From the NCBI GenBank assembly GCA_964244115.1, contig CAXTHM010000008.1, positions 407-64,406 on the forward strand: 64,000 nucleotides of DNA, in the 5' to 3' direction. Positions 54,946-64,000 of this stretch are shown one piece after another; the stretch's first letter is position 1, and every line of letters starts with the position of its first letter. The position numbers were made by a program, and so were the translations under genes. The notes below the pieces were generated by a model. It ran no database searches. It worked only from the letters and a program-made list of their open reading frames with translations, and was not told the DNA's origin. Origin of the DNA: an uncultured Thermomicrobiales bacterium (GTDB taxonomy: Bacteria > Chloroflexota > Chloroflexia > Thermomicrobiales > UBA6265).

Positions 54946-57204
54946 TCAGTCGGTGCCGGCGCCGACCGGGAGCGGGGTCTCGTGGCCCAGGCCGACGCGG
55001 TCGACCAGCCGGCGGACCGGGGTCGGCGCCCACCAGGCCCAGCGGCCGAGCAGCCGCATCGTCGCCGGGACGAGCAGCCCGCGGACGATCGTCGCGTCGA
55101 TCACCACCGCCAGGGCCAGGCCGAAGCCCATGCTCTTCAGGATCACGATGTCGGCCAGCATGAACCCGCCGAAGACGACCACCATGATGGCGGCGGCCCC
55201 CGCGATCACCCGGCCGCTCCGGGCCAGCCCGATCGCGACCGAGGCCCGGGCGTCGCCCGTCCGCCGGTACTCCTCCTGGATCCGCGAGAGCATCAGCACC
55301 TCGTAGTCCATGCTCAGGCCGAACAGGATGCAGAAGATCAGGATCGGCGTCGTCGAGATGATCTCGCCGGAGGCCGCGAAGCCGAACAGCTCTTCGAGGT
55401 GGCCGTACTGGAAGATGAAGACGACCGCCCCCAGCGCCGCCGAGATCGAGAGCAGCGTCGAGGCGATCGCCTTGAGCGGCAGCAGGACCGAGCCGAACGT
55501 CAGCAGCAGGATCAGGTACGACCCGACCAGGACGAAGATCGCCGCCGGGATCAGCCCGGAACTGATGCCGTCGACCGTGTCGACCGAGGCCGCCGCCGCG
55601 CCGCCGACCGTGACCGCCAGGCCATCGGCTGACTCGGCCCGGATGTCGCGGACGACCTGCTCCAGGCTGGCGCCGGAGACGCTCGTCGTAACGTCGATCA
55701 GGACCTGGTCGTCGCGGACCGTCGTGTCGACCGAGCTCCGGATCGCCGCCGGCAGGCTGGCGGTGTCGCCGTCCCAGCGGGCCCAGTCGAAGCCATTGGC
55801 CGTCGCCAGGTCACCGGAGACGTAGCTCTCGACCCCGCCGACGTTCGGGATCGCGGCCAGCCGGGTCGTCAGCTCCCGGAGCTGGGCGACCGTGGCGGGG
55901 GAGGTCACGGCGCCGTCGGCGACGGTGACCAGGACCGGGATCGGGTCGGCGTCGCTGGCGACGAAGTCGGACGCGAGCCGCTCGGAGACCACCCGCGCCT
56001 CGGAGCCGACCGGGAGGACATCGGGGCCGCCGGGCGTCAGGTCCAGTCGCAGCAGCGGCGTGGCGATCGCGACGAGCACGATCAGGATGACCACGGCGAC
56101 CTGGATCGGGTAGCGCATGACGCGGGTCGCGATCCCGTACCAGAAGGCGCTCTGCTCGCCGGCGGCCTGACCGCGGCGCCGGCCGATCCTGAGGCCGTTG
56201 ATGCGCTGGCCGAGCATCGTCAGGATGGCGGGCAGGAGGGTGAGCCCGAACAGCAGCGCCATCGCCGTCGCCGCGATCCCGGCCTGACCCATCGACTGGA
56301 GCGCCGGCAGCGGGAAGAACTGGGTGGCGGACAGCCCGACGATGACCGTGATGCCGGAGACCAGGATCGCCTTGCCGACGGTCGCCATCGTGACGGTGAT
56401 CGCCTCGCCGACGGGCCGCTTCGCGATCTCCTCCCGGAAGCGCGTCACCATGAACAGCGAGTAGTCGATCCCGAGGCCGAGGCCGAGCATCGTGATGATG
56501 TTGACGGCGAAGATCGACTGGAAGACATCGGTCGAGAGGACGAAGATCAGCGCGATCGAGGCGAGGATCGCCAGGGCGCCGATCAGGAGTGGGATGCCGG
56601 CCGCGATCAGGCTGCCGAAGACGACGACCTGGATCAGCAGCGTCAGCGGGACCGAGAACGTCTCCGCCCGGACCAGCCCGTCCTCGACCTCGGTGCCGAT
56701 CGCGGTGCCGATCGCCGGCCCGCCACCCGTCGAGACCGTCAGGCCGTTGGCCGCGGCGGCGGTGCTGACGTCGTCGTGGAGCGCCGTGAAGTCGGCGTCG
56801 GCGACCTCGGCGCCCGGCGCGAGCAGGGCGATCGCGTAGGTCGCGGTGCCGTCCTCGGAGATCATCCGGGGGTTGCCGGTCGACCAGGTCGTCAGGACGG
56901 CGCTGAAGCGGCTGTCGCCCTGGAGCGGTGCGAGGGCCGCCTCGACCTCCGGCTGGACGGCCGGGTCGGTGACGGGCTGGCCGGCGTCGAACAGGAAGAC
57001 GATCGCCTCGTTGCTCTGGCCGAATTCGGCGGCGAGGGCCTCGTCGACCCGGGTGGACTCGGCGTCACCGGCGACGAAGCCTTCGGAGGAGAGGTTCGGC
57101 GCGACGGTCGCCAGGGCGGCGATGGCGGCGGCGAACGCGAGGATGGCGACGACGGTGACGAGGCGGGCGTTGGCCGCGATCAGGCGGCCCCAGGCGGTGA
57201 ACAT
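54946..57204 (-). CDS. MMPL family (RND superfamily) transporter
   Basis: 752 aa. Paralog of 27561..29810 (MFTAWGRLIAA N-terminus). Downstream of a TetR gene. Confidence 0.9.
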   Translation of the reverse strand: MFTAWGRLIAANARLVTVVAILAFAAAIAALATVAPNLSSEGFVAGDAESTRVDEALAAEFGQSNEAIVFLFDAGQPVTDPAVQPEVEAALAPLQGDSRFSAVLTTWSTGNPRMISEDGTATYAIALLAPGAEVADADFTALHDDVSTAAAANGLTVSTGGGPAIGTAIGTEVEDGLVRAETFSVPLTLLIQVVVFGSLIAAGIPLLIGALAILASIALIFVLSTDVFQSIFAVNIITMLGLGLGIDYSLFMVTRFREEIAKRPVGEAITVTMATVGKAILVSGITVIVGLSATQFFPLPALQSMGQAGIAATAMALLFGLTLLPAILTMLGQRINGLRIGRRRGQAAGEQSAFWYGIATRVMRYPIQVAVVILIVLVAIATPLLRLDLTPGGPDVLPVGSEARVVSERLASDFVASDADPIPVLVTVADGAVTSPATVAQLRELTTRLAAIPNVGGVESYVSGDLATANGFDWARWDGDTASLPAAIRSSVDTTVRDDQVLIDVTTSVSGASLEQVVRDIRAESADGLAVTVGGAAAASVDTVDGISSGLIPAAIFVLVGSYLILLLTFGSVLLPLKAIASTLLSISAALGAVVFIFQYGHLEELFGFAASGEIISTTPILIFCILFGLSMDYEVLMLSRIQEEYRRTGDARASVAIGLARSGRVIAGAAAIMVVVFGGFMLADIVILKSMGFGLALAVVIDATIVRGLLVPATMRLLGRWAWWAPTPVRRLVDRVGLGHETPLPVGAGTD

Positions 57205-57328
57205 GGCAAGGCGCTCCCAGGCCGGGTCTCGCGAGTGGAGACCCGGGCGTCGATATCGGTCGATTCGGGTATCGGTGGCCTATCGGGGAAGGCCGGTCGA
57301 CCGGGCGATCTGCCGGTCCGGCCCGCGG

Positions 57329-58084
57329 TCAGTCGGTGAGCTCCGTGGTGGCGTCCGCCGGACTGACGCTGGTCGCCAGCAGGGAGCCGGTCGTCCTCCG
57401 ATACGCGTCCGTCACCAGGCCGACGAGCATCATCCGGATCACGGTCTCGAAGAGATCGTCGCGGTGCTGGCGGGCGAGTTCCGGGGAACCGATCTCCATA
57501 CCCGGCGCTTCCGCCCCGGTGATATGGCCCTGGATCTCCAGCGAGACGAACCCGTGGACCGCTGACCAGGCGGCGTGCGCGATCAGGGAGACGGGGAGGT
57601 CGACCAGCGAGCCTTCCGCGACCCCCCGCTGCGCCAGCCGGACGAGGGTGCCGAAGCCGCCGGTTTCCTTGCCCATCTGCTCGACCGGCGGTGGGTCGGG
57701 GAGACAGGTCATCCCGCCGAAGACGAGGGTGTAGAGCTCGCGGTTGGCGAGGGCATGGGCCCGGTAGCCCCGCGCCAGAGACAGGAGGCCGTCGATGGCC
57801 GTCGTCCCCGGCGGCAGATCGGCGACGGCCCGCTCCATCTGCCCGCCGAGGCCGCTGGCGCCCTGGAAGTACAGCCCGACGAGGATGTCCTCCTTCGACC
57901 CGACGTAGTCGTAGATCGCGCCGGGCGAGTATCCCAGCGCCTGGGCGACCGCCCGGATCGTGAGTGCGTCGATGCCGCTGTCGGTGACGATGGTCCGGGC
58001 GGTGTCCAGGATGGCCGTCTGCATCTGTTCCCGATTGGCGGCGCGACGGGCGGCCGCCCCGGCGGGGCGCTGCTCGCTGATCAT
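57329..58084 (-). CDS. TetR/AcrR family transcriptional regulator
   Basis: N-terminal HTH ILDTARTIVTDSGIDALTIRAVAQALGYSPGAIYDYV. Confidence 0.85.
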   Translation of the reverse strand: MISEQRPAGAAARRAANREQMQTAILDTARTIVTDSGIDALTIRAVAQALGYSPGAIYDYVGSKEDILVGLYFQGASGLGGQMERAVADLPPGTTAIDGLLSLARGYRAHALANRELYTLVFGGMTCLPDPPPVEQMGKETGGFGTLVRLAQRGVAEGSLVDLPVSLIAHAAWSAVHGFVSLEIQGHITGAEAPGMEIGSPELARQHRDDLFETVIRMMLVGLVTDAYRRTTGSLLATSVSPADATTELTD

Positions 58085-58385
58085 GTGTCGAACTCCTGAA
58101 CGCTGTTCACTCGGACCTGATCGCAGTCTACTCGCGATTCACCATGTGTCAAGCGATTGTCTGAACGCTGTTCAGCAAAGCGATGTGTGTTCAAGGATCG
58201 TGACGAACCGGCGGTCTGGGTGGGTCATCACGCCGTGATGCCAGGACAGCCGGGTCCGTCCCTGCGTCCCGCCCGAAGCGAGGAGTGCGACACTGCCACC
58301 GTCGAGTGACCCCGGATCGCTCCATGACGGGATGGGTCAACCGACGCGGACCTGGCACTGACCGCCATCATCGGGAGATCGTCTC

Positions 58386-59255
58386 ATGAGCAATGAACCG
58401 CACCATGACCCTATGCCGGCCCGGCAGGCCGACGATGGGTACGCGTCGGACATGTCGTCCTACCGTGTCCGGCCCGGCGGTCGGGTCGACCTGTCGAGCA
58501 TCGACGCCGGCGACTCGGGATCATTCCATTCCGCCCACGACGTCAAGGCGGAGCTGAAGCGGCAGCGCAAGCGGATCGCGGCCTTGCAGGAGCGCCTCTA
58601 CGCCGAGCACCGCCGGAGCCTGCTCGTCGTCCTCCAGGCGCTGGACACCGGCGGCAAGGACGGTGCCGTCCGCGGTGTCTTCCGGGGGGTCAACCCGCAG
58701 GGGTGCCAGGTGACGTCGTTCAAGGCGCCGACCCCGGAGGAGCTCGACCACGACGTCCTCTGGCGCTACCACACCAAGGCGCCGGGCCGCGGCATGATCG
58801 GCATCTTCAACCGGTCGCACTACGAGGAGGTGCTGATCGTCCGGGTCAAGGGGCTCGCCCCAGACAGCGACTGGGACCGCCGCTACGCCGCGATCAACGC
58901 CTTCGAGCGGAACCTGGCCGACAACGGCACGACGATCCTGAAGTTCTACCTGCACATCTCCAAGGGCGAGCAGAAGCGCCGCCTCCAGAGCCGGCTCGAC
59001 GACCCGGAGAAGCACTGGAAGTTCGACCCGGCCGACCTCGTCGAGCGGGGCCGCTGGGACGACTACATGGCGGCCTTCGAGGACGCCCTCTCCGCCTGCT
59101 CGACCGAGGCCGCCCCGTGGTACGTCGTCCCGGCCAACCACAAGTGGTACCGCAACCTCGTCCTCGCCCGGACGATCGCCGACACCCTCGAAGGGATGGG
59201 ACCACGGTTCCCGCCGCCCGCCGAGGGGCTGGATCAGATCGTCATCCCGGACTGA
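58386..59255 (+). CDS. ppk2: Polyphosphate kinase 2 (PPK2) family protein
   Basis: LLVVLQALDTGGKDG Walker A-like motif and FNRSHYEEVL. GGGAGA RBS. Confidence 0.9.
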   Translation: MSNEPHHDPMPARQADDGYASDMSSYRVRPGGRVDLSSIDAGDSGSFHSAHDVKAELKRQRKRIAALQERLYAEHRRSLLVVLQALDTGGKDGAVRGVFRGVNPQGCQVTSFKAPTPEELDHDVLWRYHTKAPGRGMIGIFNRSHYEEVLIVRVKGLAPDSDWDRRYAAINAFERNLADNGTTILKFYLHISKGEQKRRLQSRLDDPEKHWKFDPADLVERGRWDDYMAAFEDALSACSTEAAPWYVVPANHKWYRNLVLARTIADTLEGMGPRFPPPAEGLDQIVIPD

Positions 59256-59374
59256 GCGGAGCCGGTCGGTGTCCTCTGTACGTCATCGCGCGTATTCGCG
59301 ATCTCCACGCGAACGGTGTCCGCAGCCGTTTGTGTCCCGGCGCTCCGGGCAGTCGCGGATATGCCTCACATCGC

Positions 59375-60520
59375 TCAATTGACGGCGCCACTTCCCACGC
59401 AGGCGTTGGCCGCAGCCTGTCGTGTCCGCTCACCCCCACTCTCGCCAGATCTTGCGGGGAACGTCCGCCCCGTGTCCGGATCACGCAGGCTGACCATCAT
59501 CGAATAGAAGTCGGTCGTCGTGCCGCGCGGCAGTGTGAGGTCCAGACTGGCGACGCTCAGGAGACCCGTTCCGGCTGCCGGCTCGAGCGTTGTCGTGGTG
59601 TTGATCGTCTCGAGTCCGGCGAACCGTGGGACCAGTTCGACCTGCACGTCGAGCGGATGGTCGCTCGTCGCGCCGGCCTGGAAGAACAGGTCGAGGTCCC
59701 GTCGATTCGGGTCGTCGGGGTTCAGCTTCGTGCTCTGATCGTTATAGGTGAGCAGCGTGAACTGGTCGCCGAACTGCCACGTACAGGGTAGGGTCGCAAC
59801 CATGTCAGGCGGAGGTGGGATCGCGGCGAGGGCATAGACTCGCGCATAAGGCACCCCATGGATGAAGATGGTATCGAGGGCCGGGTACGGTGCCACCTGA
59901 TGGAGGACGATCGGATCGAAGTCGCGTTGCCACTGGAGGGTGTAGGAGACGTAATAGTCCGTCGTGCCCCAGGCGACCAGTCCCCGGACGCCCTGCGGAA
60001 ACCCGCCGTCACCACCGAGTGAGACCGACGGCGGGAGATAGTAGAGCAGCGTGACCTGATTGGCCGACGTGCGCACTGTCGACGTGGCACCGCCCGGTTG
60101 ATCCAGGATGACATCGCCGGCCTGGTCGAGCCCTTCTCCCCAGCCGAGCATCATCGTCTGCTGCGCGGCCGTCGATCCGCCCATCAGCGGGTTGTAGTAA
60201 TCGAACCCGTAGGGGCGATCGGACCAGGCCGCACCGATCTGCCCCACGCCGACGACGAGCACGAGCAGCACGGCCAGGGACCGGCCGACGCTGACGTCCA
60301 CGAAGCGGAGCTGGCGCATGTGCGGGCGCATACCCAGCCGATGACTCCAGAGGATGCGAGCCAGCCCGACCCACCCGACAGCCGCCAGGAGATCGGCGAT
60401 CGGGAAGACCGGCAGGACATACCGGTCGAACTTCTTCGCTCCGGCGTCCATCAGAGCGCCGTAGAGCACGGCAAACACCGTCACGGTCAGGAGTGGCGCC
60501 CAGAGGTGCCTCGGCAGCAT
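59375..60520 (-). CDS. C-terminal part of a GT39/ArnT-like membrane glycosyltransferase (split or frameshifted)
   Basis: Starts with TM helices continuing the upstream ORF topology, then a ~280-aa extracytoplasmic domain. Overlaps the upstream ORF by 34 nt in another frame. Confidence 0.6.
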   Translation of the reverse strand: MLPRHLWAPLLTVTVFAVLYGALMDAGAKKFDRYVLPVFPIADLLAAVGWVGLARILWSHRLGMRPHMRQLRFVDVSVGRSLAVLLVLVVGVGQIGAAWSDRPYGFDYYNPLMGGSTAAQQTMMLGWGEGLDQAGDVILDQPGGATSTVRTSANQVTLLYYLPPSVSLGGDGGFPQGVRGLVAWGTTDYYVSYTLQWQRDFDPIVLHQVAPYPALDTIFIHGVPYARVYALAAIPPPPDMVATLPCTWQFGDQFTLLTYNDQSTKLNPDDPNRRDLDLFFQAGATSDHPLDVQVELVPRFAGLETINTTTTLEPAAGTGLLSVASLDLTLPRGTTTDFYSMMVSLRDPDTGRTFPARSGESGGERTRQAAANACVGSGAVN

Positions 60521-61620
60521 CGTGCGAGACCGGCAAGGAGCACGACGATGCCCCCGAGGACGAACGGGGTCATCCGCCAGAGCAGGACGTCGGGGTAGAA
60601 GCTCCAGCCCAGGTTTCCCTGGACCACATCCCCGTCATAGAAGAGCGGCAACTCGTGCCCGGTCTCGGCCGCGTAGATCGAGTAATCGAGCATGCGCTGG
60701 ATCACCGAGATCGGGTTCGCAAGCAAGGCCGGCCAGAGGAGAAGCGTCGAGAAGAACGCCGTGAGGAGGTAGGTCAGCAGACTCGTCCGCATGAGCACCA
60801 ACCGTGATCGCCTCTCGCCCCGGCGCCTCACGAGTGCCACGATCACGGGAAGGACGATCACGGCGACCGCGACGACGATCAGCATGCCGGCGGTGAAGCG
60901 CGATAGCCAGGCGATGGCGGACAGGATGCCGGCCAGTGCCCAGAGCGATTGGCGATCGCGCTCGCGGGCGGCGTAGGCGACGGTCAGGATCGCGGCGAAC
61001 GACGCGATGGTGACCAACCCGTCGATATGCAGGAAGCGATCGTTGCCGAGGATGAAGGGGTCGAACGCCACCAGCAGCAGGGTCGCGGCGGCCAGGAGAC
61101 GGCCGACGAGTCGATACAGGAGCCAGGCAGCGATCAGGAACAGCGCCAGCTCGAAGGCCAGCTTGACCTCCCGCGCGAGGACGAGCAACTGGAGTGGGTC
61201 CTGACCCAGACTCCGCAGTTCGGTATGGATCTCGTGGACGTTGCCGAGCTGTTCGGGATGCGACTGGGGGTAGTCGGGCAGCGCAATGACATAGGCGATG
61301 ACACCGGCCCACATCGTCGTGACGCCCGGATGCGCCATCTGGAAGGTGTATTGGGGCTGGCCGTGTACCAGACCGGTGTAGAAATTGGCCGAGTTTCCCA
61401 GCCAGTCGGCCTCGTCAGTGTTCATCATCCGGTCGATGTTGTGGAGTCTCGGCATCAGATAGCCGCCAGCCAAGACGACGATGACGACGACCACTCTGAT
61501 GACGGGGAGGGCGACCGCCTGGACACGGACCCGGAAGCGCTCTGATCCCACGACGCCCGCGCGGTGGGTCAGGGACGGGAGTGGTATGGCCGATGGGATG
61601 ATCCTGGTGGGGCTGCTCAT
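60487..61620 (-). CDS. N-terminal part of a GT39/ArnT-like membrane glycosyltransferase
   Basis: Multi-TM, with a first loop carrying DEADW. The ATG overlaps the upstream stop (ATGA) at 61617-61620. Confidence 0.7.
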   Translation of the reverse strand: MSSPTRIIPSAIPLPSLTHRAGVVGSERFRVRVQAVALPVIRVVVVIVVLAGGYLMPRLHNIDRMMNTDEADWLGNSANFYTGLVHGQPQYTFQMAHPGVTTMWAGVIAYVIALPDYPQSHPEQLGNVHEIHTELRSLGQDPLQLLVLAREVKLAFELALFLIAAWLLYRLVGRLLAAATLLLVAFDPFILGNDRFLHIDGLVTIASFAAILTVAYAARERDRQSLWALAGILSAIAWLSRFTAGMLIVVAVAVIVLPVIVALVRRRGERRSRLVLMRTSLLTYLLTAFFSTLLLWPALLANPISVIQRMLDYSIYAAETGHELPLFYDGDVVQGNLGWSFYPDVLLWRMTPFVLGGIVVLLAGLARCCRGTSGRHS

Positions 61621-62156
61621 CGAGCGGTTGCCTCGGCAAGGACCGCGTGGAGTCGGGTGGGCTGGAGGTCGCGACTGTTCGTGGCCACGAGCTGCCTCCA
61701 CCAGAGCGCCCGAACGGCGTCCTCCCGGAGGGCGGCGAACGACTCGATCCGGTTGTCCCGACCAATGAAGAGCATCGCCGGAACGATGTCGACCCCGAAG
61801 CGTCCGGCAATATCCTCCTGCCCTTCCAGCAGGACATTCTGGAGTCCGCTGGCGCGAACAAGCTCTTCGACCTCAAGGGGCTCGCCCGTCACAATCGACA
61901 CGATCGTCAGTCGATCGGCGTACTTTTGCTGCCACTGGGCCAGATCCGGAGCGAGGTTATGGCATCTCCCGCCTGAGGTATCGCCGAAGGTCAGCACGAT
62001 CGGGAGTGCAAAGCTCACTGGCCGGACGCTCGGCCCAGGGATATGAAACGCACGCAGGGATTGTTGGAAGGCGACGTGGTCGATCAGTTTCGACACCCCG
62101 GCCACCGTCAACATCACTGCGAGAAAAAGCTCGATCACCACCGTTCCAATGACCAT
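61617..62156 (-). CDS. MauE-like TM segment fused to a thioredoxin-fold domain with a single Cys
   Basis: N-terminal AGVSKLIDHVAFQQSLRAF resembles MauE/DoxX. The Trx-like region reads FGDTSGGRCHNLAPDL, where CxxC is expected. Confidence 0.55.
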   Translation of the reverse strand: MVIGTVVIELFLAVMLTVAGVSKLIDHVAFQQSLRAFHIPGPSVRPVSFALPIVLTFGDTSGGRCHNLAPDLAQWQQKYADRLTIVSIVTGEPLEVEELVRASGLQNVLLEGQEDIAGRFGVDIVPAMLFIGRDNRIESFAALREDAVRALWWRQLVATNSRDLQPTRLHAVLAEATAR

Positions 62157-62239
62157 GACCCTTCTCCTCGTTGCATCACGGACCGTCGTTCGGCGGTGAT
62201 CGAACGGTCGACGGGTACCGGAGGCACCACGCTTGGGTG

Positions 62240-62671
62240 CTAGCAGCAGCCACTGGGGTAGTTGACGCTGGAGACCGTCTGGTTCACCCAGCACCCGAGC
62301 GGACCATCGGTCTGGTTCCAGATGTTGGTCGAGGCACCGCAGACGTTGACGACGTACTCCTGAACGTCATAGCCGCGGGTGTCGATCGGTTCCTGACAGC
62401 TGTAGGTGTACTCGATACCGGCGGACGTGCTGGGCAGCGAGCGGCAGTTGGCCTGACCCTTGGCGTACCGTCGTTGGTAGCCGGCCATGAAGGCATCGGT
62501 ATCGGGCGGTGTGCTCGCCGATGCCTTGGTGACGCCTCCAAGCAGGGCGGCACCTCCGACGACGCCGGCCGTCACGTTGGCCGCCCGCAGCGTAAGGGTA
62601 CGGCGGCTCTGTGGCGCTGCCACCTTTGCCGATGAGAAAGAGCGAGCCGCCTTGTCGAGCAGATCGTCCAT
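62240..62671 (-). CDS. Small exported Cys-rich protein ending in GCC
   Basis: 143 aa. GGGAGG RBS. RRTLTL motif plus hydrophobic segment. 6 Cys in the mature part, including a terminal CC. Confidence 0.55.
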   Translation of the reverse strand: MDDLLDKAARSFSSAKVAAPQSRRTLTLRAANVTAGVVGGAALLGGVTKASASTPPDTDAFMAGYQRRYAKGQANCRSLPSTSAGIEYTYSCQEPIDTRGYDVQEYVVNVCGASTNIWNQTDGPLGCWVNQTVSSVNYPSGCC

Positions 62672-62962
62672 GGTGACCTCCCGGTCAGTGTGGTCGGCTT
62701 CTGTGCCGGCCCTACCACTGATACGACCTGAAGACCTCGATTTCCGACATCGCGAACATGTTCCCGACAATTCCTTCGGAATACTTGATGATAGTGAAAT
62801 CCGCGGTGTGTAACGCCAAGCCAACGACAGCACGCCAGTGTGTTAGATTCGATAGAACGATCGATCGAGTGCCCACTCATCGACGTCAGGTCGACCATCG
62901 CTGACACTGTCCGTTGGCTCAAGCCCCTGCAATGAAGCCATCGCGTGCTTCCCGGGAGCGTC

Positions 62963-63565
62963 ATGCACCCACCACGAGTGGAGATCCGGCCCTCTGATGC
63001 AATCGCGACCGCCCTTCTGGTCGAACGACACCTGCGGCTCGGTCTTCAACGCGGACACCAGGACGCGTGGAGCGGGATGCAAGCCCAGCATACGGATGGT
63101 TTGCAAAGCTATTTCCTGAGATGGACCAGCAATGTCGACGACGCCGCCGACCTCGTTCAGGACACCTTCCTCGACGCCTGGCGCAATCGACTGCATCTTG
63201 TCGACCAGCCCGTTGCGCCATGGTTGTTTGCCATCGGTCATCTCAATGCTCACCGATGGTGGCGCCGGAACCGGTCCCCCAATCGACCCGTCGTGATGGG
63301 GTCGTTCGCTGATCGCTCAGCGGAACAGATGGTGTCGCTGACCAGTGATCTGGACACGGAGCGTCAGGCAATGTCACATCTGGCAATGGATGGCGCACTT
63401 GCGTGCCTGAGTCCCCCGATGCGGGAGTCCTTTCTCCTTCATGTCGTCGACAATCAGTGCAGTCGTGAGATAGCGATTCGCCTGGGAATTACGGTCAGTG
63501 CGGCCGAGCAGCGAATCCAGCGTTCACAACTCGCCGTCAGACAGCATCTGTCGAGGGCACTCTGA
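62963..63565 (+). CDS. ECF-type sigma-70 family factor
   Basis: Region 2 DAADLVQDTFLDAW. Region 4 HTH SREIAIRLGITVSAAEQRIQRS. Start at 62963, or GTG at 62945. Confidence 0.8.
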   Translation: MHPPRVEIRPSDAIATALLVERHLRLGLQRGHQDAWSGMQAQHTDGLQSYFLRWTSNVDDAADLVQDTFLDAWRNRLHLVDQPVAPWLFAIGHLNAHRWWRRNRSPNRPVVMGSFADRSAEQMVSLTSDLDTERQAMSHLAMDGALACLSPPMRESFLLHVVDNQCSREIAIRLGITVSAAEQRIQRSQLAVRQHLSRAL

Positions 63566-63603
63566 TCTACGCGGGCCGCCGCGAGTCAAGGAACCATCAG
63601 GAC

Positions 63604-64000
63604 ATGCCCATTTCACCGATCCGGGTGGCCGTCGTCGGCCTCGGCGCCTGGGGCACCCTGGCCCACCTGCCCTCGCTGCACGCTCACCCGGATGCCGTTG
63701 TGGTCGCCGTCGTCGAGCGGGACGAGCGCCGGCTGCGGGAGGTCGCCGCGCGGTTCGGCGTCCCGCTGGCCCTGACGACGGCCGACGAACTCTGGCGGCG
63801 GTCGGACGCGTTCGATGCCGTCATCATCGCCACGCCGACCGACACGCACCACGACCTTGCTCTGGCGGCGCTCGCGCTCCGCAAGCACACCCTCTGCGAG
63901 AAGCCGCTCGCCTTCGATGTCCGGCAGGCCCGGGCGATGGGCGATGCGGCCCGAGCGGCCGGTGTGGTGACGAAGCTCGGCTTCATGTTCCGCTACTCGC
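63604..64000 (+). CDS. Gfo/Idh/MocA family oxidoreductase (3-prime truncated by the window end)
   Basis: My own translation from the ATG at 63604 gives MPISPIRVAVVGLGAWGTLAHLPSL ... EKPLA. Rossmann GxGxxG motif and EKP motif. Confidence 0.8.
   Translation, partial: MPISPIRVAVVGLGAWGTLAHLPSLHAHPDAVVVAVVERDERRLREVAARFGVPLALTTADELWRRSDAFDAVIIATPTDTHHDLALAALALRKHTLCEKPLAFDVRQARAMGDAARAAGVVTKLGFMFRYS

Noticed and set aside
54527-55306. 259-aa plus-strand ORF starting in the RES/MMPL intergenic region
   Set aside because: Its 5-prime part is generated by REP-A copy 5 (the AAQREPQRSE peptide artefact) and the rest is antisense to the MMPL gene.
1-64000. A search by eye for tRNA (GGTTCGAATCC-like T-arms), rRNA, CRISPR repeats, transposase or integrase motifs
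   Set aside because: None was found. The GTTCGA-like strings seen (for example at 43768) lie inside coding sequence without cloverleaf context.

Overview
This is a high-GC bacterial chromosomal window, roughly two-thirds G+C by eye. I support about 54 protein-coding genes. I recognised no rRNA, tRNA, CRISPR array, transposase or integrase. The mix of Tat signals, LPXTG sorting, MMPL transporters, PQQ propellers and GerMN/Gmad2 suggests a high-GC monoderm-like lineage (Thermomicrobia/Chloroflexota or Actinomycetota), but this cannot be settled from sequence alone.

Most of the window is ordinary:
- a copper-handling cluster (TlpA, PCu(A)C, SCO1)
- three paralogous PQQ-type beta-propeller proteins, one fused to a cupredoxin
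- two MMPL transporters, one with a TetR regulator
- a PAS-GGDEF-EAL protein, PPK2, and MFS and EamA transporters
- several hydrolases

Several short, visibly AT-richer islets interrupt this and carry accessory or defence-like genes:
- a type III Res-like helicase-nuclease plus a HepT/MntA pair (0.1-5 kb)
- an unknown 272-aa protein translationally coupled to a PIN nuclease (12.7-14.0 kb)
- a degraded MazEF-like pair (33.3-33.9 kb)
- a membrane-anchored Mrr-type nuclease (48.6-49.2 kb)
- a divergently arranged RES / DUF2384-like pair (53.1-54.5 kb)

The most unusual locus is at 40.5-45.3 kb. It contains a MerR-type HTH protein, an ExeA-like AAA protein with both Walker motifs degenerate, and an 807-aa protein with wHTH, DnaD-like and DnaA-N-like regions. 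The third gene is bracketed by inverted copies of a short structured repeat.

Two intergenic repeat families were found by eye, with 5 and 4 copies. All functional calls rest on motif recognition by eye; no searches were run.
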